NCBI GenBank assembly: GCA_903902795.1
Contig: CAIUWH010000015.1
Location: forward strand, 13,279 to 77,278
DNA: 64,000 bases
Reading direction: 5' to 3'
From: an uncultured Bacteroidota bacterium
GTDB taxonomy: Bacteria > Bacteroidota > Bacteroidia > Flavobacteriales > Flavobacteriaceae
This document shows, piece by piece, positions 19,370 through 29,698 of the stretch. The notes under the pieces are model-generated. The model was not told the DNA's origin. It saw only the letters and a program-made list of their open reading frames with translations, and ran no database searches. A program made the position numbers and the translations under genes. Numbering within the stretch: the stretch's first letter is position 1; each line of letters opens with the position of its first letter.

Positions 19370-21724
19370 TTGAGAATACAACTTAGAAAATTCATCTTTA
19401 GTATTTTACTACTTGCTTTTTGTACGATTTTCGGGCAAAATGTATCGTTGTACCAACAATTTAATGGGCGATACGATTTTACTTTCGTTGGAAATACGAT
19501 GAATTTAGGAGAAAATAATACCACCGCAGGATGTACCGATTTACTTGTAACTTCATCTGCCGCCAATTTATCGTTGAACAGTACTCAAACCATTGAAGGT
19601 GTCTATTTATATTGGGCTGGTTCTGGTTTTGGCGATTTTAATGTGCAATTAAACGGAACTTCAATAACCGCACAACGTACGTTTACCAATGTAAGTGTAA
19701 CCTCTGGTTTGAACTATTTTAGTGCGTTTGCCGATGTGACGGCGCAAGTTACAGCTACCGGAAACGGTTCGTATACCTTGTCGGATTTGGATATTTCAAC
19801 CGACTTAACAACTATCCCGGGTTATTGCAATAACCGAACTAATTTTGCAGGTTGGACGATGGTAGTCATTTACCGCGACTTGAGTTTGCCGCTGAATCAA
19901 ATTAATGTTTACGATGGCTTGCAAAGTATTCCGAATACGCTTTCGATCACGCTTACAAGTCTAAACGTCATCAATACCGCTGGAGCTGAAATTGGTTTTG
20001 TGGCTTGGGAAGGTGACAGTAATTTGGCGATTGGAGAAACCTTGCGATTAAATGGAACTATTTTGAGCAATCCTCCTTTAAATCCGGCTAATAATGCCTT
20101 TAACGGAACCAATAGTTTTACCAACAACCCTAATTTGTACAACATGGATTTGGATGTGTACAACATTCAGAATAACATCACCGTCGGAAGTACCACAGCG
20201 CTTATTGAAATGTCCTCGGGACAAGATGTCGTTCTGATGAATTGCGTGGTAACCAAACTCAACAGTCAGTTACCCGATGCCACAATTGCGATTACCAACA
20301 TCGAAAAGCAGTGCGATTCGCGGACTATTTTAGTTGATTACACTGTTTTCAACACCAATTCTACCGATAGTTTACCCGCGGGAATTCCGATTGCGATTTA
20401 CCTAAACGGTCAATTTTTTGAATACACTGAAACTTTAGCTCCAATTGCAATCGGCGGTTCAGAAAGCAGTCAAATTACTTTAGTGATACCCAATTCGATT
20501 CCGCTTGATTTTACCCTTCAATTTGTAGTGGATGATAACGGAACTGGATTGGGAATAGTAACCGAAATCAACGAGAACAACAACAGCGATAGTGAGACTG
20601 TTTCTCTTTTAGTTACGCCCGATTACAATCCGTTACCGGATATTTTTTCGTGTGTTTCGGTCATCGAAAATACGTCGGTCGACTTTTCAAATTATGCTTC
20701 CATAGTACTGACTGATCCAACTCATACCGTGGCTTTTTACACCAGTTTTAGTGATGCTAATTTGGAATTAAATCCGATTACCAACCTTTCGAATTATATC
20801 GTTAATTTACCTTCCACAACCATTTACGTGCGGATCAACGATGGAAGTTGTTTTGCCATTACATCGTTTGACATTCGCTTAGTCCTGTTTCCAAGTTTTA
20901 ATCCGCTGGACGATTTGTATACGTGTCGGATTGATGAATTTTCGGTCTTTGATTTTTCTGAGTATCAAAACGATGTTAAAGTAAATCCAACCGATATAGT
21001 AACGTTTTATGAAACAGCAACCGATGCTTCATTAGAAACCAATCCAATTGTGAACATCACGCAGTATCTTCCCAATTCAACTCCAAAAGAAATTTTTATT
21101 CGCATCGATAACGGTCCGTGTTTCAGCGTGACTTCCTTCTTTTTAGACTATAATGACTTACCTGAGTTCAATAATTTGGATGATTTGCTGGCATGTAACG
21201 AAGGCTTAACGCGAGGAACATTCGATTTTTCAGCGTATGAAACGACGGCTAAAGTAGATCCAAATGATAGCGTTTCGTTCCATCAAACTTTAGATGATGC
21301 CCAAAGTGAAAACAACGAAATTGTAAATACCTCATCCTTTATAGCTGATGCGACTCCGAAAGAAATCTTTGTTCGTGTGGAAAACGAAAATTGCTATTCG
21401 GTTACATCGTTTGTATTGACGACTGAAAATTGTCCGCCAACAGTTTACAACTATATTTCAGCCAATAACGACGGATTCAATGAAGCTTTTTTTGTAGGAG
21501 GATTGCGTGATATTTTCTTAGAATTTGAAATTGAAATTTACAACCGTTGGGGAAAACTAATTTGGACAGGCAATAACTCAACACCCGACTGGGACGGATT
21601 TGCCATTGAAGGTTATCGCTGGGATAATTCTAATTCGCCCAAAGGAACTTTTTACTACATTCTCTATTTGAATGACGAAAATTATCCAGCACCTTTGCAA
21701 GGATACTTGTATTATACGAAGTAA
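19370..21724 (+). CDS. T9SS type-B substrate with CARDB-like domain and gliding-motility C-terminal domain
   Basis: Signal peptide; VVDDNGTG...EINENNN (CARDB-like); C-terminal NYISANNDGFNE...IYNRWG...GTFYYIL. Confidence 0.85.
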   Translation: MRIQLRKFIFSILLLAFCTIFGQNVSLYQQFNGRYDFTFVGNTMNLGENNTTAGCTDLLVTSSAANLSLNSTQTIEGVYLYWAGSGFGDFNVQLNGTSITAQRTFTNVSVTSGLNYFSAFADVTAQVTATGNGSYTLSDLDISTDLTTIPGYCNNRTNFAGWTMVVIYRDLSLPLNQINVYDGLQSIPNTLSITLTSLNVINTAGAEIGFVAWEGDSNLAIGETLRLNGTILSNPPLNPANNAFNGTNSFTNNPNLYNMDLDVYNIQNNITVGSTTALIEMSSGQDVVLMNCVVTKLNSQLPDATIAITNIEKQCDSRTILVDYTVFNTNSTDSLPAGIPIAIYLNGQFFEYTETLAPIAIGGSESSQITLVIPNSIPLDFTLQFVVDDNGTGLGIVTEINENNNSDSETVSLLVTPDYNPLPDIFSCVSVIENTSVDFSNYASIVLTDPTHTVAFYTSFSDANLELNPITNLSNYIVNLPSTTIYVRINDGSCFAITSFDIRLVLFPSFNPLDDLYTCRIDEFSVFDFSEYQNDVKVNPTDIVTFYETATDASLETNPIVNITQYLPNSTPKEIFIRIDNGPCFSVTSFFLDYNDLPEFNNLDDLLACNEGLTRGTFDFSAYETTAKVDPNDSVSFHQTLDDAQSENNEIVNTSSFIADATPKEIFVRVENENCYSVTSFVLTTENCPPTVYNYISANNDGFNEAFFVGGLRDIFLEFEIEIYNRWGKLIWTGNNSTPDWDGFAIEGYRWDNSNSPKGTFYYILYLNDENYPAPLQGYLYYTK

Positions 21725-21728
21725 GAAA

Positions 21729-21820
21729 TACGAAGTACGAGATACGAAGTGGGAAATGAAAAGAAGAAATAACTACCTATATTTACCTCGTATATCGTAC
21801 TTCAACCTTCGTACTTCACA
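21729..21820. repeat. Inverted pair of heptamer arrays (TACGAAG / CTTCGTA) between convergent genes
   Basis: tacgaag tacgaga tacgaag ... cctcgta tatcgta cttcaac cttcgta cttcaca; 21732-21749 pairs with 21786-21803 at 16/18 positions. Confidence 0.85.
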
Positions 21821-22564
21821 TCACATGTTTTGTGTGTAATAGTTATAATCTTTAATCACTGTTTTGATAAAATCTTCACTACTACCCGATTGATTTTTGA
21901 TCCCGGTCACCGACTCAATTTTGTCTTTTAATTTCACAATCATGTCGATATCGCCTTTTACAATAGCAGAATGCAAAGTTTCTTTAATGATCCGCACATC
22001 GTTGTCCGAAAGCTTGATTACTAAAGGATAAATAGGCACATACGCATCACCAATATCTTCTAAAATGGTACTGTTGATGGTTACTTTATTTTTCAGTGTG
22101 ATTACAGCTGTACCTGCAGACATGTCACCCAGTCGTTGCGTTTTACTACTTGCTATCAACGTAATTAAACCGATTACACCGCTGTTGGTACTAATGTCTA
22201 TAATTCGAAATAACCACCGAATCAAATAATCACCAAATGATGCTTGATACCCATCAATCTTTACCACTTTTATCTTCATGAGTCGCTTTCCTAGCGTTTG
22301 CCCTTCCAAAATACTTTCTAAGGTTAATGAATAAAACATATAAGGCAGTAAAAATAAAACAACTACAGCAGCCGCTGACCATTGGTCTAATTTTGAAAGT
22401 ACCTTTTCTAATCCCATTAAATCAAAAACGACGAAACCAATAACGATTAAATACGCTACTTTAATCAGAAAATCAATTACATACGCTAAAATTCGTTCAC
22501 CCACAGAAGCAGCTTCAAAATTTATGTTGACATTTTGTGTGGTATTTATGGTGAGTTCTGACAT
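21821..22564 (-). CDS. RDD family membrane protein
   Basis: ASVGERILAYVIDFL, GQTLGKRLMKIKVV, QRLGDMSAGT. Confidence 0.9.
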   Translation of the reverse strand: MSELTINTTQNVNINFEAASVGERILAYVIDFLIKVAYLIVIGFVVFDLMGLEKVLSKLDQWSAAAVVVLFLLPYMFYSLTLESILEGQTLGKRLMKIKVVKIDGYQASFGDYLIRWLFRIIDISTNSGVIGLITLIASSKTQRLGDMSAGTAVITLKNKVTINSTILEDIGDAYVPIYPLVIKLSDNDVRIIKETLHSAIVKGDIDMIVKLKDKIESVTGIKNQSGSSEDFIKTVIKDYNYYTQNM

Positions 22565-22585
22565 ATTTTTATATTTTAGCGTTCA

Positions 22586-23562
22586 ATGAGAGAAATTGCT
22601 TTTATAAAACAAAATAAAGAAAAATGGCTTGACTTTGAACAGGCAATTTTTGGTAAATCTAAAAAAATCCTGATGAAATGGCAAGTTTGTACATTCATTT
22701 GATTAATGATTTATCCTATGCACAAACCTATTATCCTAAAAGTAAAACAGTTACCTATTTAAATTATTTAGCTTCTCAAATATATCAAAAAATTTACAAG
22801 ACCAAACGGGTCGAAAAAAATAGAATTCTTGAATTTTTTTCTACCGAAGTGCCGCTGATTGTTTACGAATACAGAAGGTATTTGGTTTATGCTTTTGTAT
22901 TGTTTTTTAGCTGCGTAGGCATCGGCGTGGTTTCGGCTCGATATGATTTGGACTTTGTACGACTGATTTTGGGTGATTATTACGTGAACATGACCTTGGA
23001 AAATATTAAAGACGGTAATCCAGTTGCCGTGTATAAATCGGGTAGCAATTGGGGCGGATTTATCGCCATCACCATGAACAACTTGTATGTTGGCGCTCGT
23101 TGTTTTATTTACGGAATATTCCTCGGAATTGGAACTTTTTATGTTTTGTTACAAAACTGCATCATGTTGGGTTCGTTTCAATATTTCTTTTACCAGCAAG
23201 GTGTCTTCTGGGAAAGTGTGCGAGGTATATGGATACACGGTTCTATGGAAATATTTGCTATTGTCATCGAATCAGCTGCAGGATTTATTCTCGGAGCTTC
23301 CATCTTATTTCCGAAAACCTATTCACGTTTGAATTCGTTTAAAATCGGATTTAAAAATAGCTTAAAAATTTTCTTAAGCACATTGCCTTTTACTATTGCA
23401 GCTGGGTTTTTAGAAGGATTTATCACAAGGTATTCATTTGAAATGCCGCATTGGTTGAGTATCTTTATTATTTTGAGTACGTTATCAATTATTTCTTTTT
23501 ACTATTTAATTTATCCATTTATCGTTCACAAAAAAATCACCGAACATGTTCCAACTGTATAA
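22586..23562 (+). pseudogene. Stage II sporulation protein M (DUF95) family gene with an apparent 1-nt deletion in a poly-A run
   Basis: ATG 22586 reads MREIAFIKQNKEKWLDFEQAIFGKSKK, then goes out of frame at A7 (22661-22667) and stops at 22700-22702. One more A gives KKNPDEMASLY and joins the 22678 ORF, which carries the WIHGSMEIFA...AGFLEGFIT motifs. Confidence 0.75.
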
Positions 23563-24499
23563 AAAAAGAAATTTTAACGACTACATCAACGATACGTTCC
23601 AGTTTTTTAAAATACACGGAAAGCATTTTTTTACCTTGTATTTTACCATAAATGGTGCTTTTTTATTGATAGCGACTGTATTGATCTATTTTATTTGTAA
23701 GGTCTATTTTGAATTCATATTTAGCTCATTATCGGGCGGAATCGCAGCACAACAGAACAATAGCCTTGGAAATTTATTTGCTAATAATTCGAGTACTGTT
23801 TTTGTGCTTGCTATCTTGGGATTGCTGTTTTTAGTATTGATTTCAATTATTCAATTTGCATTTCCTCTTCTATATTTAGATTTACTAGAAAAAAATAACG
23901 GTCCGAATTTCACGACCAAAGACGTCATCGTGTCCTTAAAACAAAAAGCGTTCAAATTGATAAAATTCGCAGTCGGCCTACTTTTTATTTTTACTCCGTT
24001 GATGACCATAATTTTTGGGTTGAATGTATTACTCTGTTTCATCATCATTGGATTTCCGTTGTTTCTGATTACCATACCTGCCGTGATGAGTTGGATGCAT
24101 CTGAGTTTCACCTACTACATTGTGGGAGACGAACGGTTTTTTAGTGCATTATCCCTTGCCTATTCCGATATTAGGCAGCAATTTTGGCCCATCGTTTTCA
24201 GCACAATGCTGATGTACATGATTATTCAAGTAGTCAATACAATCTTTACGATGATTCCCTACGTAATCGGAATACTGTTCGTTATGACTAATGTAGAAAA
24301 TCAAAATGACACACAGAAGACATTCAATTTAATTACCATTATCATGACCGCAGTTGTCGTAGTGTCCTTAATGGCAAACTATATTCTAAATAACTTATTA
24401 TTAATTAACGAGGGAATTATTTATTACAGTAGAAAAGATGTGAATGAAAATATTTCTTCGAGTAATTCTATAGATTTGATTGGAAGCGAAAGTGAATAA
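23546..24499 (+). CDS. Conserved membrane protein of the MoxR cluster
   Basis: Several TM segments; position between SpoIIM and DUF4129 genes. Confidence 0.7.
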   Translation: MFQLYKKRNFNDYINDTFQFFKIHGKHFFTLYFTINGAFLLIATVLIYFICKVYFEFIFSSLSGGIAAQQNNSLGNLFANNSSTVFVLAILGLLFLVLISIIQFAFPLLYLDLLEKNNGPNFTTKDVIVSLKQKAFKLIKFAVGLLFIFTPLMTIIFGLNVLLCFIIIGFPLFLITIPAVMSWMHLSFTYYIVGDERFFSALSLAYSDIRQQFWPIVFSTMLMYMIIQVVNTIFTMIPYVIGILFVMTNVENQNDTQKTFNLITIIMTAVVVVSLMANYILNNLLLINEGIIYYSRKDVNENISSSNSIDLIGSESE

Positions 24500-25247
24500 A
24501 CTACTTTTCATAGGTTTCTTTTTGTTGAGCTTTACATGTAAGGCTGCCGACTCATTGGTTGTGCCTAAAAAAACCTCCACCACATTCACCGAAAAAGATA
24601 TTAAAATCGACACTTCAAAGCTTCAACCCAATACATTTGATTCGAAATTTAAAGAAGACTATACTTCAAATGAGTTTCAATATGAAGTCAAAATCAAAGA
24701 AAAAAATTGGTGGGATCGATTTGTAGAATGGTTAGAAGATTTGTTTAGAAGTTTATTCGGACTCTCAGATGGTGTTTCGTCAAAGGCTGTCGATTGGACC
24801 TTGAACATACTAGCGACCATCATTGTTTTGATTGTAATCTATTTGATTGTAAAAGCAATTCTAAACAAAGAAGGAAAATGGGTTTTTGGAAAATCAACGA
24901 CCAAAAAAATAATTTCTCACGACGACATCGAACGCAATTTAAAATATGTTGATTTTGAAAAGTTAATAAAAGACACCTTAAAAGACGGCGATAACCGCTT
25001 GGCTCTCCGCTATTACTATTTATGGATTTTAAAGAAAATGTCTGAAAAATCAATCATCGATTGGAACCCAGAAAAAACCAATACCGATTATTTGTATGAA
25101 ATACAATCCGACTCGCTGAAGAAAGACTTTGGCTATGTTTCGTACTTGTACAATTACATTTGGTACGGCGAATTTGAACTCGACGAAGCATCGTTTGAAC
25201 ACGCAAAAAAATCGTTTGAAAAAACACTCCAATCACTTTCGTCATGA
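24480..25247 (+). CDS. DUF4129 domain membrane protein
   Basis: ALRYYYLWILKKM...WNPEKTNTDYLYEI...YIWYGEF. Confidence 0.82.
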   Translation: MEAKVNKLLFIGFFLLSFTCKAADSLVVPKKTSTTFTEKDIKIDTSKLQPNTFDSKFKEDYTSNEFQYEVKIKEKNWWDRFVEWLEDLFRSLFGLSDGVSSKAVDWTLNILATIIVLIVIYLIVKAILNKEGKWVFGKSTTKKIISHDDIERNLKYVDFEKLIKDTLKDGDNRLALRYYYLWILKKMSEKSIIDWNPEKTNTDYLYEIQSDSLKKDFGYVSYLYNYIWYGEFELDEASFEHAKKSFEKTLQSLSS

Positions 25248-26449
25248 ACAGAACGCTAAAACTATATATAGTATTTTTAGTGCTACTTCTGGTAGTGATT
25301 GTGTATATGGATGCCAATCGTCCAAAACCAATCAACTGGTTACCAACTTACGATTTGAATGACAAAATTCCATTGGGTTTGTACATCTTTGATCAAGAAG
25401 CACCAACCTTGTTTAAGAATGATTCGATATTCAAAACACCAGTTACTGCCTACGAATATTTTGAATCGGATTATGAATATTCTGATTCTTCAGGGACTAT
25501 TTATTACACCTATGGAACGTTTCTATCCATTTCGGAGTACTACAACATTGACGAAGAATCGACGCAAGAATTACTCTATTTTGCTGAACGCGGCAACTCG
25601 GTTTTTATTAGTGCTAAAGATTTTTCGGCTCAACTCCAAGATAGTTTAAAATTTGAACTTGATTCAGAAATGCCTACCGAAAATGGTATTGCGTTACGTT
25701 TGGCCAATCCGAAATTAAGCAAAGCCAGTTACATTTTTAATGAAGGCGCAGGTAATACGTTCTTCAGTAAAATTGACACACTTTCTACCGAGGTTTTGGG
25801 TTATCAAATCTCGGATAAGAAGAAAAATGTCAACTTTATTAAAGTTCCCTATAAATTAGGCTTCTTCTATTTACATACTCAACCTTCCGCCTTTACAAAT
25901 TTTCATTTGTTAAAAGACAATCATCATCAATATACCGAAAAAATCGTTTCGTATATTCCGAAAGGACAAATTACTTGGCTGATAAAAGGACAAACTGGCG
26001 AGTCGATATCGCAATCGCCCCTTCGTTTTATTCTCAATCAACCCGCGTTGAAATATGCTTGGTTTCTCTTTTTAATTGGAATGGTGTTTTTTATGATCTT
26101 CAACGCCAAACGCAAGCAGCGTGTAGTTCCCATCATCAAACCACTAACAAACACTACGGTCGATTTTACTAAAACCATCGGAAATTTGTATTTTCAAGAA
26201 GGCGATCATCAAAACATCATCGACAAAAAAATAATTTACTTTTTAGAAAAAATACGAAACGAATATTTAATTGAAACTACTACCTTAGACGATAATTTTA
26301 TTAAAAAGTTGCAGTTGAAATCGGGCAAAAAGATGGAAGACATTCAAAATGTAGTTCAACTCATCAACTATCAAAAAAAATCGTACCATCAGAGTATTGA
26401 AGACGACCTGATTGCCTTAAATAAAGCCATAGAAAAAATACTAAGTTAA
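25244..26449 (+). CDS. DUF4350 domain protein
   Basis: N-terminal TM, KIPLGLY, KRKQRVVPII...NTTVDFTKTIGNLY. Confidence 0.78.
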   Translation: MNRTLKLYIVFLVLLLVVIVYMDANRPKPINWLPTYDLNDKIPLGLYIFDQEAPTLFKNDSIFKTPVTAYEYFESDYEYSDSSGTIYYTYGTFLSISEYYNIDEESTQELLYFAERGNSVFISAKDFSAQLQDSLKFELDSEMPTENGIALRLANPKLSKASYIFNEGAGNTFFSKIDTLSTEVLGYQISDKKKNVNFIKVPYKLGFFYLHTQPSAFTNFHLLKDNHHQYTEKIVSYIPKGQITWLIKGQTGESISQSPLRFILNQPALKYAWFLFLIGMVFFMIFNAKRKQRVVPIIKPLTNTTVDFTKTIGNLYFQEGDHQNIIDKKIIYFLEKIRNEYLIETTTLDDNFIKKLQLKSGKKMEDIQNVVQLINYQKKSYHQSIEDDLIALNKAIEKILS

Positions 26450-26469
26450 AACTATAATTCATTCGATAA

Positions 26470-27489
26470 ATGGAACATACAGAACAAAACACTGAACCTA
26501 CACAGCCTGAAAACTCAGGCGTACATTTTGAGTCACGTCTAGATTTGGCGCCGCTGCTCGAAGGCGTTATAAAAATTAAAAGAGAAATCGAAACCGTCAT
26601 CGTTGGACAACATAAAATGATTGACCAACTTTTGGTGGCTCTACTCTCAAACGGACACATTTTAATTGAAGGCGTACCTGGTGTGGCCAAAACCATCACG
26701 GCAAAAATTTTGGCAAAAACACTTTCGGTGAACTTCAGCCGAATTCAGTTTACGCCCGATTTAATGCCTTCAGATATTTTGGGAACATCAGTATTCGACT
26801 TAAAAAAATCGGAATTTGAGTTTAAAAAAGGTCCCGTTTTTTCGAATCTTATTCTCATCGACGAAATCAACCGGGCGCCGGCAAAAACACAAGCCGCACT
26901 TTTTGAAGTGATGGAAGAACGTCAAATCACCATTGACGGTACAACCTATATTCTAGAAAAACCGTTCATTGTGTTAGCCACACAAAACCCCATCGAGCAA
27001 GAAGGAACGTATCGTTTGCCGGAAGCGCAATTGGATCGTTTCCTCTTTAAAATCAATGTGGATTATCCCGTTTTATCGGAAGAAGTTACCATTCTCCAAC
27101 GCGAACACACCTTACAAAACAACGGAAAATTAGACGCCATTCAGTCGATTCTTTCCAGCGATGAAATCAAAAGATACCAAGATTTGGTGAAGCAAATTAT
27201 CGTAGAACCGAATTTATTGGAATACATTGCCAAATTGGTCGTGAACACCAGAGAAAATGCGTTCTTATATTTAGGTGCGTCACCTCGAGCCTCAATTGCA
27301 ATATTAAATGCTGCGAAAGGATTTGCAGCCATCCGCGGCCGCGATTTTGTGACACCCGAAGACATCAAAGAAGCCGCAATTCCGGTCTTACAACACCGTG
27401 TCATTGTCACTCCAGAACGCGAAATGGAAGGATTGACCAGCATCGAAATCATCAGGCAAATTATTGAAGCAATCGAAGTTCCGCGTTAA
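26470..27489 (+). CDS. MoxR-family AAA+ ATPase
   Basis: EGVPGVAKT, RIQFTPDLMPSD, DEINRAPAKTQAAL, ATQNPIEQEGTYRLPEAQLDRF. Confidence 0.95.
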   Translation: MEHTEQNTEPTQPENSGVHFESRLDLAPLLEGVIKIKREIETVIVGQHKMIDQLLVALLSNGHILIEGVPGVAKTITAKILAKTLSVNFSRIQFTPDLMPSDILGTSVFDLKKSEFEFKKGPVFSNLILIDEINRAPAKTQAALFEVMEERQITIDGTTYILEKPFIVLATQNPIEQEGTYRLPEAQLDRFLFKINVDYPVLSEEVTILQREHTLQNNGKLDAIQSILSSDEIKRYQDLVKQIIVEPNLLEYIAKLVVNTRENAFLYLGASPRASIAILNAAKGFAAIRGRDFVTPEDIKEAAIPVLQHRVIVTPEREMEGLTSIEIIRQIIEAIEVPR

Positions 27490-27498
27490 TTCATCAAC

Positions 27499-28845
27499 AT
27501 GTTCAATGCAATTATGAAGCTGTTCAAACAACTTTACATCAACAACATATTTTTCTACGTACTGATAGGTATTGTGGCGTTGTTTTGTTGTGCGTTCATT
27601 TTTCCTGTGCTTTTCAACGCGGCGCGCTATTTATTGCTGATCACTGTAGGATTTTTTGTATTGGATTGCCTGATTGTATTTTCGTCTGAAAACGGAATCG
27701 AAGGCCAACGCATCACGCCCGAAAAATTGTCCAACGGCGATGAAAATCCGATTGTAATCTCGATTCGCAATTTTTACACCTTTCCGATTTTCGTCAAAAT
27801 TATTGATGAAATTCCGCATCAGTTTCAAATTCGAAATTTCGAAATCAAGCGCAAAATCAAAAGTGCTTCTTCGGATGATTTGCAATACTATTTGCGTCCC
27901 ACCGAACGCGGCGAATACTTCTTTGGCAACCTGAATATTTACGTTTCTTCTCCACTGAAATTAATTTCCAAGAGGTATACATTTAATAAAGACGCGATGG
28001 TTCCAACCTATCCATCGTACATTCAATTGCGGAAATACGATTTGATTGCGTTTTCGAATAATTTATTTCAATACGGAGTGAAGAAAATTCGTCGCATTGG
28101 TCATACGATGGAATTTGAACAAATCAAAGAATACGTTCAAGGCGATGACATTCGGACGCTGAATTGGAAAGCAACGGCAAAGAAAAATGCCTTGATGGTG
28201 AATCAATTTCAAGACGAGAAATCGCAAAACATTTATATGGTGATTGATAAAGGACGAACGATGAAAATGCCGTTCAACGGACTCAGTTTACTCGATTATG
28301 CCATCAATGCGACCTTAGTTTTATCTAATGTGATTCTGAAAAAACACGATAAAGCGGGCATGTTTTCGTTTTCTAAAAAAGTCGATAATCGCGTCGTTGC
28401 TGAGAAAAGAACCTCGCAAATGCAGAAAATTCTAGAAAATCTCTACAATGTAAAAACCGATTTTTTTGAAAGTGATTACTCGCGTTTGTATGCCGATGTG
28501 AAAAAAAACATCAACCAGCGTAGTTTGATTCTGTTGTACACCAATTTTGAAACACTAGACGGATTGTACCGTCAGTTGCCTTATTTAAAAGGAATTGCCA
28601 AAAACCATCTATTAGTAGTGGTCTTTTTTCAAAATACCGAACTGTATAAAATCACCTTGAAAAAGACCGAGACCATTCAGGAAGTATACGATAAAGTCAT
28701 TGCAGAAAAATTCATATTCGAAAAGAAACTCATCGTCAACGAACTCAAAAAATACGGTATTCACTCAGTTTTGACCCAACCTGAACATTTAACCTTGGAC
28801 ACCATCAATAAATATTTAGAGATCAAAGCACGGGGAATTCTTTAG
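27499..28845 (+). CDS. DUF58 domain protein
   Basis: EFEQIKEYVQGDDIRTLNWKATA, VIDKGRTM; start may be 27514. Confidence 0.9.
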   Translation: MFNAIMKLFKQLYINNIFFYVLIGIVALFCCAFIFPVLFNAARYLLLITVGFFVLDCLIVFSSENGIEGQRITPEKLSNGDENPIVISIRNFYTFPIFVKIIDEIPHQFQIRNFEIKRKIKSASSDDLQYYLRPTERGEYFFGNLNIYVSSPLKLISKRYTFNKDAMVPTYPSYIQLRKYDLIAFSNNLFQYGVKKIRRIGHTMEFEQIKEYVQGDDIRTLNWKATAKKNALMVNQFQDEKSQNIYMVIDKGRTMKMPFNGLSLLDYAINATLVLSNVILKKHDKAGMFSFSKKVDNRVVAEKRTSQMQKILENLYNVKTDFFESDYSRLYADVKKNINQRSLILLYTNFETLDGLYRQLPYLKGIAKNHLLVVVFFQNTELYKITLKKTETIQEVYDKVIAEKFIFEKKLIVNELKKYGIHSVLTQPEHLTLDTINKYLEIKARGIL

Positions 28846-28879
28846 AGTATTGATTGTTGATATTTGAATTCTGAATTAG

Positions 28880-28887
28880 TACTTTTG
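28880..28887 (+). promoter_or_regulatory. Bacteroidota sigma70 -7 element (TAnnTTTG)
   Basis: tacttttg just upstream of ATG 28892. Confidence 0.5.
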
Positions 28888-28891
28888 GTCT

Positions 28892-29677
28892 ATGAAACAA
28901 ATCACTTCCTCTCAAAATCCGTTCATCAAATCGTTGGTTATTTTACAAGAAAAAGCCAAAGCCCGGAAGCAATCGGGGACGTTTTTAATTGAAGGAATGC
29001 GCGAAATCGAATTGGCCATCAAAGGAAATTATGAATTGGAAACCGTTTTGTTTTGTCCTGAATTACTAGACAAATCGAATCATCTTACCTTCTTACAATC
29101 CTACAATCCCATAGAAATCTCCAAAGAAGTCTATCAGAAATTAGCTTACCGCGATACTACCGAAGGCATCATTGCTGTCGCTAAATCAAAATCGTTAGAA
29201 TTGTCCGATTTAATACTTCCCGAAAATCCGTTAATTCTAGTAATGGAAGCCATTGAAAAACCCGGAAACATTGGCGCCATGTTGCGAACGTGTGATGCCG
29301 CAAGCGTCGATGCAGTTATTATTGCCAATCCCAAAACCGATTTATACAATCCGAATATTGTTCGCTCCAGCGTGGGTTGTCTTTTTACCAATCAAATTGC
29401 GACGGGAACTTCTGAGGAAGTAATCAAATTTTTAAATAAGAAAAATATTACTATATTTGGGGCAACGTTGCAGAATTCCCATTTCTATCACACACAAGAC
29501 TATACTATTCCAACTGCATTGGTTGTAGGAACAGAAGCGACCGGACTGACTCAAGTTTGGCGTGAAAACACCATCCAAAATATTATCATACCCATGCAAG
29601 GTGAAATTGATTCTATGAATGTTTCAGTGGCTTCAGCAATTTTATTATTTGAAGCGAAGAGACAAAGAGGATTTTAA
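28892..29677 (+). CDS. TrmH/SpoU family RNA methyltransferase
   Basis: EKPGNIGAMLRT, VGTEATG, IPMQGEIDSMNVSVA. Confidence 0.92.
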   Translation: MKQITSSQNPFIKSLVILQEKAKARKQSGTFLIEGMREIELAIKGNYELETVLFCPELLDKSNHLTFLQSYNPIEISKEVYQKLAYRDTTEGIIAVAKSKSLELSDLILPENPLILVMEAIEKPGNIGAMLRTCDAASVDAVIIANPKTDLYNPNIVRSSVGCLFTNQIATGTSEEVIKFLNKKNITIFGATLQNSHFYHTQDYTIPTALVVGTEATGLTQVWRENTIQNIIIPMQGEIDSMNVSVASAILLFEAKRQRGF

Positions 29678-29698
29678 TTTTAACTTAACTTTTTTTTA

